Source: Macrostomum lignano (taxonomy: Eukaryota). Taken from it: a stretch of 64,000 bases of DNA. Under the pieces are notes generated by a model. It did not search any database and had not been told where the DNA came from. It saw nothing but the letters and a program-made list of their open reading frames with translations. Numbering within the stretch: the first letter of the stretch is position 1; every line of letters starts with the position of its first letter. Below are positions 38,266 to 50,925 of the stretch, one piece after another. The stretch is from positions 248,001 to 312,000 of the forward strand of contig NIVC01000594.1 of NCBI GenBank assembly GCA_002269645.1, given 5' to 3'. The translations under genes and the position numbers were made by a program.

Positions 38266-38606
38266 TGCTGGTAAAAATGTTTATAATAGCTAGTAAACAG
38301 GTGAGTCTACTCGAGCAAATGAAGAAACAAGCTAAAAATAGAAACAATATTTTATACATTATACAATACGCTATATAGCAAGCCGTTGCATACAGACTAC
38401 GGATATATATTATTGAAGCGCAATGACAAACATTTATTAGTAGTTGAACTAAATTTACATCTAACTACACTAAATACCAATAAAAATAATGTTGTACATA
38501 GGGATGTATAAATAGAAAAATCATTCCTTTTACAAGTCCGAGTTGTTAAATTTCAATGAAGAGAGCATCATTTCTAATTAGCATATTATAATTAGCTGGT
38601 CAAATT

Positions 38607-41600
38607 TCAATGCCCAGCTCCGTTGCCAGCCGAGCCGATGCCGCCGCTGCCGCTCTCGCCCAGCAGCACCCTAGAGTCGTCCATGAGGCTCGGCTGAGGC
38701 CTTTGCGCCACCAAATTCTTGGGCAGCTTATCGTAGTAGAGCTGGTAGAGGTCCCTGTCAGCTGGGCAGCTGCAGCGGAAGGCCTCGCAGTCGTACATGG
38801 CCGAGTAATAGGCCTGCAGGTTGTTCAGGTCCGCCGGCACGTCAAAGTCGCGATAGAACTGCCGGGGAAATCGGGGTGTTTATTGACGACTTTTCAATGT
38901 GTTTATTAACTAGATGGTCTTGCGGGTGTTTATTGGCGATACTCGGGGTGTTTATTGGCTATACTTAAGGGTGCTTATTGGCGATATTTGAGAGTGTTTA
39001 TTGGCGATACTTGAGGGTGTTTATTGGCAATACTTAAGAGTGTTTATTGGCGATACTTGAGGGTGTTTATTGGCGATATCTGAGGGTTTATTGGCGATAC
39101 CTGAGGGTGTTTATTGGCGATACCTGAGGGTTTATTGGCGATACCTGAGGGTGTTTATTAGCGATACCTGAGGGTGTTTATTGGCGATACCTGAGGGTGT
39201 TTATTGGCAATACTTGAGAGTGTTTATTGGCGATACTTGAGGGTGTTTATTGGCGATATCTGAGGGTTTATTGGCGATACCTGAGGGTGTTTATTAGCGA
39301 TACCTGAGGGTGTTTATTGGCGATACCTGAGGGTGTTTATTGGCAATACCTGGGGTGTTTATTAGCGATACTTGAGGGTGTTTATTGCCGATACTCAAGA
39401 GAGTTTATTGCCCATACCTAAGGGTGTTTATTGTCTATTGCCCATACCTAAGGATTTTTATCGCCGATACTTAAGACTGTTTATTGTTCATACCTAAGGG
39501 TGTTTATCATTGTTACTTAAGTGAGTATAGTGCCTATACGTAAGGGTGTTTATTGCCGATTAGGCGATTATTAAAGGTGTTTATTGCCGATATTTAGTGT
39601 GCATTTAGGCATATTCATGGGTGTTTATAGGCGATTCACAGAGCACTTCGGGTAGAGTTCATTGTTGCCTTACAGTGACTTGAAGTCCAGCAAATTGGGA
39701 ATATTCAGAGTCGTTAGAGACCAAAGTTACCTTGCCAGCCATCTTGACGTGATGCAGTTTAGGCATGAGCTGGCAGTCAGCATAGGTGAGCTCATCAGAC
39801 AGCAGGAAGCGGCAGCCGCGGGAGCCCAGGAACGAGTCAATTCTACGCAACACGTGCAACAGCGGAGTCGAGTTCTCAGTCTTGAGCATCAGGTTGAGAT
39901 TCTTGTACAGATCATAGAAAGCTTTCTCCGCTTCGCCTTCGTCGGCTGATTCTTTGGGCAGAGCCAGACAGGGACATTTCCAGATGTCCATGAGCTGCTC
40001 GATTTCGTCGTTGGTGTCGAAGACGGTGTTGGACAGGTCGCTGCCGCGCGGGTCGGCGCCTTTGATCACCCGGGCAACAGGGAGGTGACGGCCAACCTCC
40101 AGAGCTTGATAGGCCTCAGGCGGCATGTCCGGGTTCACAGTGGTGACAAACAGATTGAGGTATTTCTTCTCGGCTAAGATGTAGAACACCATGAACCATT
40201 GCTGGCTGATTGGGCAAGGGCCTTTGTCCTCCTTGCAGATATGGGAAGCCTATGGTAGAGGTAAAGACAGGTAATTATCCTAGTGTAGGTTAAGTTAATA
40301 CACATTCATATTGGAGCAAATTAGTATTTTCTACTACAGACAGTATTTGGTGCTCTTTAGAATTGCTTGCATATCTATGCAAAAATAATAAAGTGCCTGC
40401 ACAATGTGCATTCATATGTTATATATGCACACAAAGTATCAATACGAGTATATACTTTTTTTGCTAAAGTTCTATTTCTAATGTCACTTTATTGTCCTTT
40501 AGCTCACGCTGCTTGCACTTAATATTCTAGCTTTGCTCAATCTAGAATAGTTTTTTTGCAAAACTAAAGGACTTCTTTATAGGTATTGAATATACCAAAA
40601 TATGCCATACACATTAAATGTGTATTCCAAAAGCCCAAAATCACTTTTTGTATACCAATGGCAACGTGTATACTAAACTTCTTGAATGCACCCAAGAAGT
40701 TTCTGGCATTTATGCCTTTTACCTGACTATGACTTTGCCAAAAAGTCATGTATCCTATTAAAAATATTCAGATAGCAAAGTTAAAGCTTTTATTGAAGAA
40801 ATTGCAGTTAACCTAATGATGGTTCTAAAAAATCATTCAAACTATCAAAAGTCTAAAATATACTAACTAAGTAATGTTACTTAGTAACATTGTTACTCAG
40901 AGCAATGTTACTCTTGCTCTGATGATCTAAATAACATCATTTTGGACAAATAGTACCAACTCTTTTTTTCATACTAAATTTAATATCTTTAAAATCAGAC
41001 AATGGAAACAAAAGTTAAAAACTCAAATATAACAAGAATTCAACCATATACTTATAGTAAGTTAATTAACAAGCAAGCAAAAAATTGAAGTAAAAGCTGA
41101 CAAATGGGTAACTGGCTGCAGTAAATATATAGAATGACTGTGGTAAAGATTGCTCTAGACCAATGAGCCAATGAAAGTTGCATATGAATTATGATTACAG
41201 TGTGTTTTATCCTCCAAAGGGTGAAAATCTCACTTGCTTGGGCAATATTTGAATGCACATCTATGATTTTTGGCATTACAAAAAGAAGGAGCAAAAATCA
41301 ATGAAGCTAAAGCACAGTGGTGGCAAATATTCTATTGCTTTAAAAGTTTATATGTTTTTTTAACTTTTTCTATAGATGTCTCTTTGTCAAAGTAGCCTAA
41401 CAAAGAAGTCTAAATGCATTTAATCAAATGTACTTTTGCTCCTTTTTGCTAGCTTGTTGACTTACTGTAAGTCCATGGTTGAGCTAATGCATGCCCAACC
41501 TAAAATTTCACCCATCCAATGCAACTTAGTTTTGTTCAGATTTGCAACTTAGTTTCTCCTAATTGCAAAGTTTCTCTTGATTTTGACTTAATTTCCACTT

Positions 41601-43162
41601 TGTATATGGCTTTTCTTGCCTTTTTTCTCTTTTTTTCTCTCCCCCCTTTTCCTTCTTCCTCTTTTCCTCTTTTCTTTGTTTTTTCTTCCTCCAATTTTTC
41701 ATTTTTTGTCTTTTTGATTTTGCAACTTACCTTGGCTGGTGGCTATAGGACCCATCTGGTTCTGATAGGTTGGAGGGTATTGGGCAAGTAAGGTTAAGTT
41801 CTTACTATATTTGCATTTATAACTTTTGTTTCCATAGTCTAATTTTAAAGAGTTTAAAGTTAATATAAAGAGAATTTCCACTTTTAATTTGTGTAAAATG
41901 AGGTTATTCGGATTATTAGAACCTATAGTCAGGAAGGTAGCCTTTTTCATAGAAAATTCTGGTGCAAAAAGAGGTTGGATATGCGCTGTGCTGATACATT
42001 CTAGCCCAACAATAGGCAAGGAAGAAAGATCTGGCACAGTATAGCATGAGACAAAAAATCAGCATATAATTTGGTGCAAAACAAAGACTTCATACTAGAC
42101 AATATCTTTTTAAGACAAAATTAGCATGTTATTTCTTTTTATTAGCACTTTTTTGCTATTGTATCAACAGCTTTTTTAATTAACATATATTAATATTGCT
42201 TTTTCTATGAAACAAATTCAAATACAAGCTTTATTGATATTTTTCAAATAGAAAATTATTTATTTTTGTATTTTTCAAAAAGTTGCAATATATGGTATAA
42301 TGCAAGTGAACTTTTTTTTAGGAATAGGCCTAGTTTTGGGACATTGCACAAGCAATTTTTTTGATAAGATTTATTTTAATGCATAAGGCAATCAATTTTT
42401 TATAGGATTTGTTATGGCATAGGCATGCCATGATCTTGACTATGGATTAGAACAAAAGATATAATGAAAAGTAACACTTTTTTATGATAGCCTTTGCATT
42501 TATAGCTTAATTAAATTTTGTATCTAGGACTAGAACTGAGATGTTTTGCTAGATAGATATATACCTATAGTCTAAAAATTTAAGGTTATCTTCAAGTTTC
42601 GTTCGTTTAATTCCAACACCCACCCCCCACCACCCTTGAATAGAGGGCGAAAATAATTCCGGAAATAATTAAACGAACGAAACTTGAAGATTGCCAAATT
42701 TAAGTTTATTTATTATAATCTATTTTTATTTTTAAAAATAAATAAGAAGCAGTAATAGAAAAACAGTTATTAATTGAAAAGTCAAAGGCCTAACTAATCA
42801 TGTCAATCATATACTTACCAACAAACATTTTTTGTGAATTAAAATGAATTGAAAAGTCATAATCTTAGACATAAAAATAAAAGGCTAAAATTCTAATATA
42901 ATTGTTTATTTCAAACCAAATAAAAAAATAAAAATATAGACATGTAGAGAAAAATATAGACAAAAAAGTATATTTTTTAAATTATAGGCCTAGCCTATCT
43001 CATCTCATGTCTTGATAATGTCAATAAATAGGGGCCTATAGATGAAAAGAAATATAGGAGTTTTTGCAGTTGGCTTCAAAATTGTAGGCTTACCTTGATA
43101 AATAGCTCAACAACAGGCTTTCCATCCTCAACATCACCCTCGAATCCATTCATGTCTGACAT
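38607..43162 (-). CDS. CLIC: Chloride intracellular channel (GST-fold) protein, about 279 aa. Exons 43094..43162, 39731..40249, 38607..38858
   Basis: KPVVELFIK/AS...GPCPISQQWFM, FVTTVN, FLLSDELTYADCQLMPKLHH, AFRCSCPAD. Both introns are phase 0 with GTAAGC and GTAACT donors. Confidence 0.94.
38870..39630. repeat. About 21-23 bp minisatellite (gagggtgtttattggcgatacct) in CLIC intron 2
   Basis: Direct inspection; it degenerates toward both ends. Confidence 0.93.
42588..42691. repeat. 104-bp element with perfect 25-bp inverted termini (mini-MITE-like) in CLIC intron 1
   Basis: atcttcaagtttcgttcgtttaatt ... aattaaacgaacgaaacttgaagat; no clear TSD. Confidence 0.6.
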
Positions 43163-43553
43163 TCTTCAAATCAGGCTGTCTGACGACTGACTGATATAAA
43201 GATTCCAATTCTAAATATAAAAATCGCAACAAAAAATTAACTCAGTCAAACTGTGGTCACGGCAAACACCGTGTCACCTAACAGTATAAAGACAAAGTAA
43301 ATAAAATTATTTTCACACTTCAGATCAGACTTCACTTCTAATCGCTGTTTCAATGACACGATTGAAAGACAGGCCTTCGAATTGCTAAAAATTTGTTTAC
43401 TAAAACACCGATCAAAGAAAAGGAACGAACCGATACGGTGTCTTGTAAGTTTGAGCTAAAGCACAGAAAATTTCACTTTTAATTTACATGAACACCACGC
43501 TTGACTTGACTACGTTAAAAAAGAAACTTCCAACCGACCAAAATTATTTAGAA

Positions 43554-46500
43554 GGGTGATTCTCATCGAGAGGTTTTGGAGGTTTTGAGGTTTTTCAGAG
43601 GTTTCATTTCGAACAAATATTTTTGCACAAAAATTTTAATACTGTACAAAAATTGAAATCTTACTGAAATTTACTAATGAATACAAATTTTATTTAGAAT
43701 ATAGCTCGGAGGTTTTGGATTCTTTTTAATTTTTCTTCTGATAGGCACGCGCGGAAATTATTTAACTTAGGCAACTATTTTATGCTTAAAGAAAGTGGTT
43801 TTTTAAAAACACTGCACGCAACACAACACACTGGTAATGTCATCGTTGCCATTGGCATTTACATTCAAGGTGCAAAAACAAAATAAAAAATATTCGACTT
43901 AAAGGCTCTGCTTGAAATATACTGAAAACATATAGACAGCTGTTTCATCCATTTCCTGTTTTTACTTTTGAGTGCTGCATACCATTTTGCATTCGAACTA
44001 TGTAATGACATTGACGACCTGCATGCATACTGCCTCAGAGAAGTAAATAGAAGAATTATTCTTGTCTCAATGTTTTTTATAAATATATGATGGCCTAGAA
44101 TTACAAGTATGCATTTTTATTACTTAAAGCAGAGCATTTAACTTTTAATCATAAAATTTATTTTAATTACTAAAAGCTATTAGCTTTTCTCTCAAAAAAT
44201 AACGCTAGTTGCACAACTGCTACTGCTGACAAAAGCTCTCTAACACCTTAGATTTAGTTCTTATACAAACAAAATGCTTGCAGTAAGACTTTGTACATGT
44301 ATTGCACCACCTTTGTTTGATGCTAAAAATATATGTTGAGCAATAAGCTAGATAGCCGATACCAATATTTTTACTAGAGTTAAAACTAAAAAGTCATTGG
44401 ACACATTTTTGACATTGTTTATTTAAAAATATCATAATTTCTTCAATATAAATGTATTATTGGCATCTTTAAAGATTGCAAGAACAAATGTATAGGAAAA
44501 TCAATATGTTTATTGACTTTTGAAATTGATTGTTTATGAAAAGTTATAGATAAAAGTAATCATAATCAATGCCTTTTATTTCAACATACTTTGTTTCAGC
44601 TGCCAATACCATGCCTGAACTACCGCTTGCCTGGTCTCCTGCCTGCATTCTGAGCCTGTACAGGCCAACAATGCTTCATGTTTGTCTAATCTAATAACAG
44701 GCATTATGGCATTCCATGTCCTATACCCACTTATGTTGCGTCTCAGTGCAACCTAGCTCGCCACCCTTAGAGCTTTGGCAGGCTGGTTGCTTTTGTGGTG
44801 GCAATTGGTTTGGTTGTCAGCATACAGAAGATGGCTGTGCTCTAGCTACTAACCAGATGACATCAACCGACAGCCTAGGGGCTAATCTACTGCGCACTGC
44901 CTTCGAGATGAGTGACTGAAGTTCTTCAACTGCTTGCTGGCTGACGCGCTACAGCCTTCGTTTTTGCGGGCATCGTCTTTAATATGCGCATTAACTCCTA
45001 AAGTTAAGAACTTCACTTTAATCTGAGTAAATAACAAGAAAAGACTTTTATTCTCTCATGTAAAGATCTGAAATGTGAACTTTTAAACTGTTTTGATTTG
45101 ACTCTCAAAGAATATTTATAATATAGCGTATTTAGGTAATGTAACAGCAATGTATAGATAAATATACATACTGATAGAGAAAATACAAAACGTTCCTTCT
45201 TTGTTTTTGAAATGCATTCTTGCAATGTTCGATGTTTTAAAAATGTAAGGCCTAAAAAAATAAGGCAAGACCAATTGGCAACTACCGTGAAGCTCGTTTG
45301 CTTGTATCAAGTTGGCGTACGCTGGCTGACATTAGTTATCTATCAGACTTGGAGTCTCGCCGCACTAAACCCTTGAAATAACGTTAGCCAGCCTTTTGAG
45401 ATGCAGCATAGCATTCCAGGTTCAATGACATGTCTATGAAGATGCATCCTACATCGTCAAGACCACCGAGGTGATCGAGACCTCAATATTGTAGGGTGAG
45501 GAACATGGGCGATGCTTCTCCAGTGCGCGGTTTCCGCTACGGCCAGCAAAGTGCAATTGGGCAGTCGCATTATGTCAGTTGTAGTAAGTTCCATTTGGAT
45601 CAGCACTCGGCTGCTGCTGCTGCTGGACAAAAATGCTTGGTGTGAGTTCCCTTGACACAATTCCCGCAGGGCAATCAGGTGGGCTGCAAATTCCTCTCCA
45701 AGATTGGCACCAGCATGCCTGACATTGGTTTTCATGGCCTCCAATTGAGACTAATCGAACCAGTTGATGCTGGAAGCCCAAAAATGCGACAATGGGACTC
45801 GAGTGCTGCAATGATGAGCAACAACGCTGAAGTCGAGCTGCACCACAATGTCCTGTAATGGGTAATAGTGAAATGAGGAATTTTATCTGTCTAATCATTG
45901 GAATGAATTTCCCTGAAAGGTCATGCCATAACTTTTGCTGAAAATCGCGCCATTAGGAATTTAGGGACACTAGCCATGTAACATGTATGAATGTCATCTC
46001 TTGCCCCAACCATTGGCCTTTGCTTTCAGCTACCCTTGATCCTCATAACATGTATATTGGAAAGACAGCATTTAGAAAATTTACTCACTTGTTGCAGTCA
46101 AATGTAGTGAAGACCTTGGGGTGTCAAGAAAGACACTTGGTGGATTAATTTAATCGACTTCTAGAAGCATATCATCTTGTGCAAAGGTATTTTAGTAGGT
46201 CATTGCTTTGCACGAATTCCCATAGTTTGATGGGCTCTGGAAAGATGGCATGATTGATAAAGGAATACAATGTTAGTCTTACATTTTAGTATATGGATGT
46301 CGTGTAAGTACTTAACATCATAAGAAAATCTAAAGATTTATAACCTTCTCCCCAACATGGTTGGCACCATGCATTTCATTGGCATGACAACTACTGTGGA
46401 TGATAACAGAGTATATTGGTTTAATATTAAAACAATTCACTTATAAAGTAAATTAAAAACTGAATAAAAATGTGATAACTAGGCATACATAAGTACAAGC

Positions 46501-47498
46501 TACTATTTACTTTGAATATTTGCATAAAAAGACAAAAACTAAAGCAAGTTACTAATGTATAAGAGTAATAGAAATTGTACTCACCCATATCAACTTAAAT
46601 TATAACTGAATATAAATAGCTATTAATAAATTATAATTAAAATTAAAAAGTAAAAATTTCAGTTCATTAGAGCTTTCAAATTTATACGTAGAGGTAGAGC
46701 AATCAAATAAAAAATTGCCATTTTTAAAGCCTGGTGAAGAGAATTATTCACTAGGATTAGAGACTTAGTCTTAGGTAATAAATATTTTTATCCTGTGCAT
46801 AGTGTGTTAGGATTTAGGATGATGATGTAAAAATAGTAAAATAATATAAAATAAAAATAATTTTTTAGTAAATTGGATATAAAATAAAAAAAGAATATCA
46901 AATAAGTGAAATAAAAATAATATATTTTACATTAAATATGCCTAGTAAAATACTTAGGGCCTTTAGTTAGTTAGACTAACAATCTATATTAAATAGCGAC
47001 TGATACTGATTTGATGAAAAAAATACTGACTTGGTCTTGTTAGTGTTAGTCATAATTTAAGTCTGGCTTAAAAATTGATAGCTTTCTTAAGACCAAGTAA
47101 AAAACAATATGAAATTCGCATTGGTAAATAGTGTCTGTATTTAATTACATGGACAGGTCTAGTAGAAATTAGGATAGTTACGAATATGCATTGAAAGGGA
47201 ACAACACACACTTGTGACGATTCGCAACTTTGCGCTTATGAAATGAAATGTGTCATGGAAGTCCCTACCACTTCGCACAAAAACAGTTAAATAATTTTTG
47301 CGCGTGCCTATCAGAAGCAAAATTAAAAAGAATCCAAAACCTCCGAGCTATATTCTAAAGAAAATTTGTATTCATTAGTAAATTACAGTAAGATTTTAAT
47401 TTTTGTACAGTATTAAAATTTTTGTGCAAAAATATTTGTTCGAAATGAAACCTCTGAAAAACCTCAAAACCTCCGAAACCTCTCGATGAGAATCACCC
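43554..47498. mobile_element. Non-autonomous Mutator/MULE-like DNA transposon, about 3.95 kb
   Basis: 214-bp TIRs (43554..43767 and 47285..47498, 7 mismatches by eye) starting GGGTGATT. Perfect 10-bp TSD TTATTTAGAA at 43544..43553 and 47499..47508. Long G-initiated TIRs with 9-11 bp TSDs are the MULE signature. No intact transposase ORF. Confidence 0.85.
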
Positions 47499-48249
47499 TT
47501 ATTTAGAATTCAATTTTTGTTTATGAAAGGAGGTAAAACGAAGTACTTAAAAATTTGAACACATAGTCCGTTTCTAGCTCATTAATCAAAAGTTTTAGAC
47601 CTAAAAACTTAGAAAAGGTCTTTTTGCCTATTTTTATATTTTTATCAGCCTATTTAATTTTCGTAAAAATACAATTTAAATTACATTAAACAGTATTTTT
47701 TATTAAATTTAAGATTTCACTACTTATACTCACTACTGAATGATGCTCTTAGGCCTATTTCTGGAAGAAGTAATGAGTAATTCCATAAAATTACTAGAGA
47801 TCAAGAGCGGGAAACCCTCTGTTTATTAGAAAAAATCGAAACTGATTTTGCATGAAAAATACACTAGGGATTTTCTCACTTTTCTTCACCAGTTATATAC
47901 AGCCATAGTTTTGAGCGATGCGAAAGCTGCTCTTTTAGTATAGCAGCTGTCTTTTCGCTTTATACCCGTACATGTACAATGTACATGTATATCCCTGCTT
48001 TCTTCTCAGCCTAATTCGCGAGGTCTTCTTTACAGAAAGAAGTTCGAAATTTCTCATCAGTAATTCGTATACTTATACCGCTATTTTATATTTTATTTAG
48101 CTTTACCACAAATTATAAATTACTCACCCTCAACAGCCTCTTTCCCTTCAGCAACAGCATTCGCCATAATTTAGAGATGCCAATTTAGCTCTGCACTAGC
48201 TAGTAGCTCAATGCAGAACTGGATTTGCCGCACGCTATGCAGTTGGTTA

Positions 48250-49300
48250 CAAGGACTTCTAGACTAACAGGACGTAAAACTCAAAGATCGTGCAATTTTT
48301 TGGAGGCCACGATTTCCTGGAAAAAATACACTGCGAAGATAGGAAAAAATCAGTTTTTCGTCACAAAATCTGTGATTGCATTTGATCTGGGGCAGTGAAG
48401 ACTACCATTCTTTTAATTTAACATGCACAATATGTTACTCTATTATATTTTCATATAGCTGTGTAGTGAAGTTTTCATTTTCATATTGTTTTCACTTTAT
48501 TTCATAAGCCCAAAGTTGCAAACTCACAAGTGGCATTAGCCAAATATCAAATTCAAGAAAAGAAAAGCTATTCAAATTTGTAATATAATAATATTTTTAG
48601 CCTTTAAAATAAAAGTTATAAAAGGACTAATCAATGTTTCTTCTTATAGATACCTAGTAAAAATGGTTAGGGCCTATTTTTGTGATTAAGTCTATTCTTC
48701 TTAAATCTTAGTCCTAAATATAGGCTTGGCTTAAAAACTGATAATACAGCTTTCTCAAGCCTAGGTAACCAACCATATGAAACTATTTATTGGTAATCTA
48801 TATATAATAAAAAAATCTAAATATACTAATCTCTAAGTCATTGTCTAAATTTAATTACTTATTAGGCTAGATAGTGTAGTGATAGGTCTAGTTCTAGTAG
48901 GCCTAGGAATTAGTATAGTTACTAAACCTACAATAATAGCTTAAGACTAAGAGTACCTACATGCAATGTTTTTATACTTTATTTTAAAAAGAACAACACA
49001 AAAAGTTTGGCTAATGCCACTTGTGAGTTTGCAACTTTGGGCTTATGAAATAAAGTGAAAACAATATGAAAATGAAAACTTCACTACACAGCTATATGAA
49101 AATATAATAGAGTAACATATTGTGCATGTTAAATTAAAAGAATGGTAGTCTTCACTGCCCCAGATCAAATACAATCACAGATTTTGTGACGAAAAACTGA
49201 TTTTTTCCTATCTTCGCAGTGTATTTTTTCCAGGAAATCGTGGCCTCCAAAAACTTGCACGATCTTTGAGTTTTACGTCCTGTTAGTCTAGAAGTCCTTG
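48250..49300. mobile_element. Foldback/MITE-like non-autonomous DNA transposon, 1051 bp
   Basis: 295-bp near-perfect TIRs (48250..48544 and 49006..49300) starting CAAGGACTT. 8-bp TSD GTTGGTTA at 48242..48249 and 49301..49308. An 8-bp TSD fits hAT or P superfamilies. Confidence 0.9.
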
Positions 49301-49375
49301 GTTGGTTAGTTAGTTAATTAGTTAGTTAGTTAGTCAGTTAGTTAGTTAGTTAGTTAATTAGTTAGTTAGTTAGTC

Positions 49376-49457
<82 letters not shown>

Positions 49458-49458
49458 G

Positions 49459-49537
<79 letters not shown>

Positions 49538-49538
49538 G

Positions 49539-49572
<34 letters not shown>

Positions 49573-49598
49573 TTTAGTTAGTTAGTTAGTTAGTTAGC

Positions 49599-49631
<33 letters not shown>

Positions 49632-49632
49632 G

Positions 49633-49677
<45 letters not shown>

Positions 49678-49725
49678 GTAGTTAGTTAGTTAGTTAGCTA
49701 GTTAGTTAGTTAGTTAGTTAGTTAT

Positions 49726-49788
<63 letters not shown>

Positions 49789-49789
49789 T

Positions 49790-49888
<99 letters not shown>

Positions 49889-49945
49889 GTTTGTTTGTTT
49901 ATTTGTCTGTTTGTTTGTTTGTTTGTTTGTTTGTTTGTTTTTTAG
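49301..49945. repeat. (GTTA)n microsatellite grading into (GTTT)n
   Basis: Direct inspection; it starts at the right-hand TSD of the foldback element. Confidence 0.98.
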
Positions 49946-50925
49946 GTAGTTTTTCTGTTTCTGTTAGGTAGTTTGTTTGTTTAGTTTGAGTCAGTTTAAA
50001 AAGGCCAGCAAAACTCACCTGTTCACAAAAAGGTGGGCCATTGAGAAAGAAAAGCACAATGATCAGCTAGAAGACGGTAATGCAGCCGATGCAGAGAGCG
50101 GGCTCCCCGTCAGAGTCACCTGCGTTGATTGTTTGCAAATATTCGCTACTTCGTCATTGCCGAGGACACTACTGAGCTGTTGGAGAGATTGGACCGGAGA
50201 TGTTAAATGCAATTCGATCAATTGATCGGTTTCGGCCTTTTGGCCCCCTTTTTGGGGAAGCCTTCGGGCCTCAGGTCTCAGAAATAAATCAATTAGAGTC
50301 CTGGCACCCCACTCCTGTCAGATGGTCAGCCCCATGGTAGCTTGATCTTGTGGCGAGCAGTCTAGCTCCTATAGCTAAGAGAGGGACAGCGAGAGATAAG
50401 CAGGGAGAATTTTAAAGGTAGAGATTAGCTAATCCGCAGATTAACTAACCCGGCCGCTGCCACCAGCCCGTGCGTCCTGGCTCACCAAACCGGGACTCTC
50501 GAAATCGGCTTCCGACTAGAGGGGGCTTTGCACTTACCTGCCAACTAGTGTCTTTTTGCTGTCTATCTCGAAGTCATAGCCGATGATAAGGGACACTGCT
50601 GGGACTAGATCGCATTGGCCATGCAGGTACAGAGGGGACTTGTGCAGGGGATTCTTGCAGTGGCGAGACTATGGGGTAGCTACATGTACTATTACATTGC
50701 TAAATACGAGAAATGTACTTTTGGCCTTCAACGCGCCAACCAGCCTCTCCTAGCGCTGATGATAGACTAACTCGAACATCGGAGACCGCATGATTCATTA
50801 CTTGAGCCGCTTGGCGAATCTAGAGTGCACAGAGTACATCTCTGGCGCCGATTTTGCACTATTGGCAATTTTGCTCATTGATTTGATAGATTGATCGACT
50901 GAGAACCGCCTTGCCATTGGTCCAC

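Noticed and set aside
40300-43000. Short ORFs in the AT-rich CLIC intron 1 as a nested gene or transposase
   Set aside because: No recognisable motifs or element boundaries; it may be decayed mobile DNA, but this is unsupported.
49985-50030. SLSQFKKASKTHLF as a CR1/L2 LINE C-terminus
   Set aside because: It resembles the motif but is too short to support an element call.
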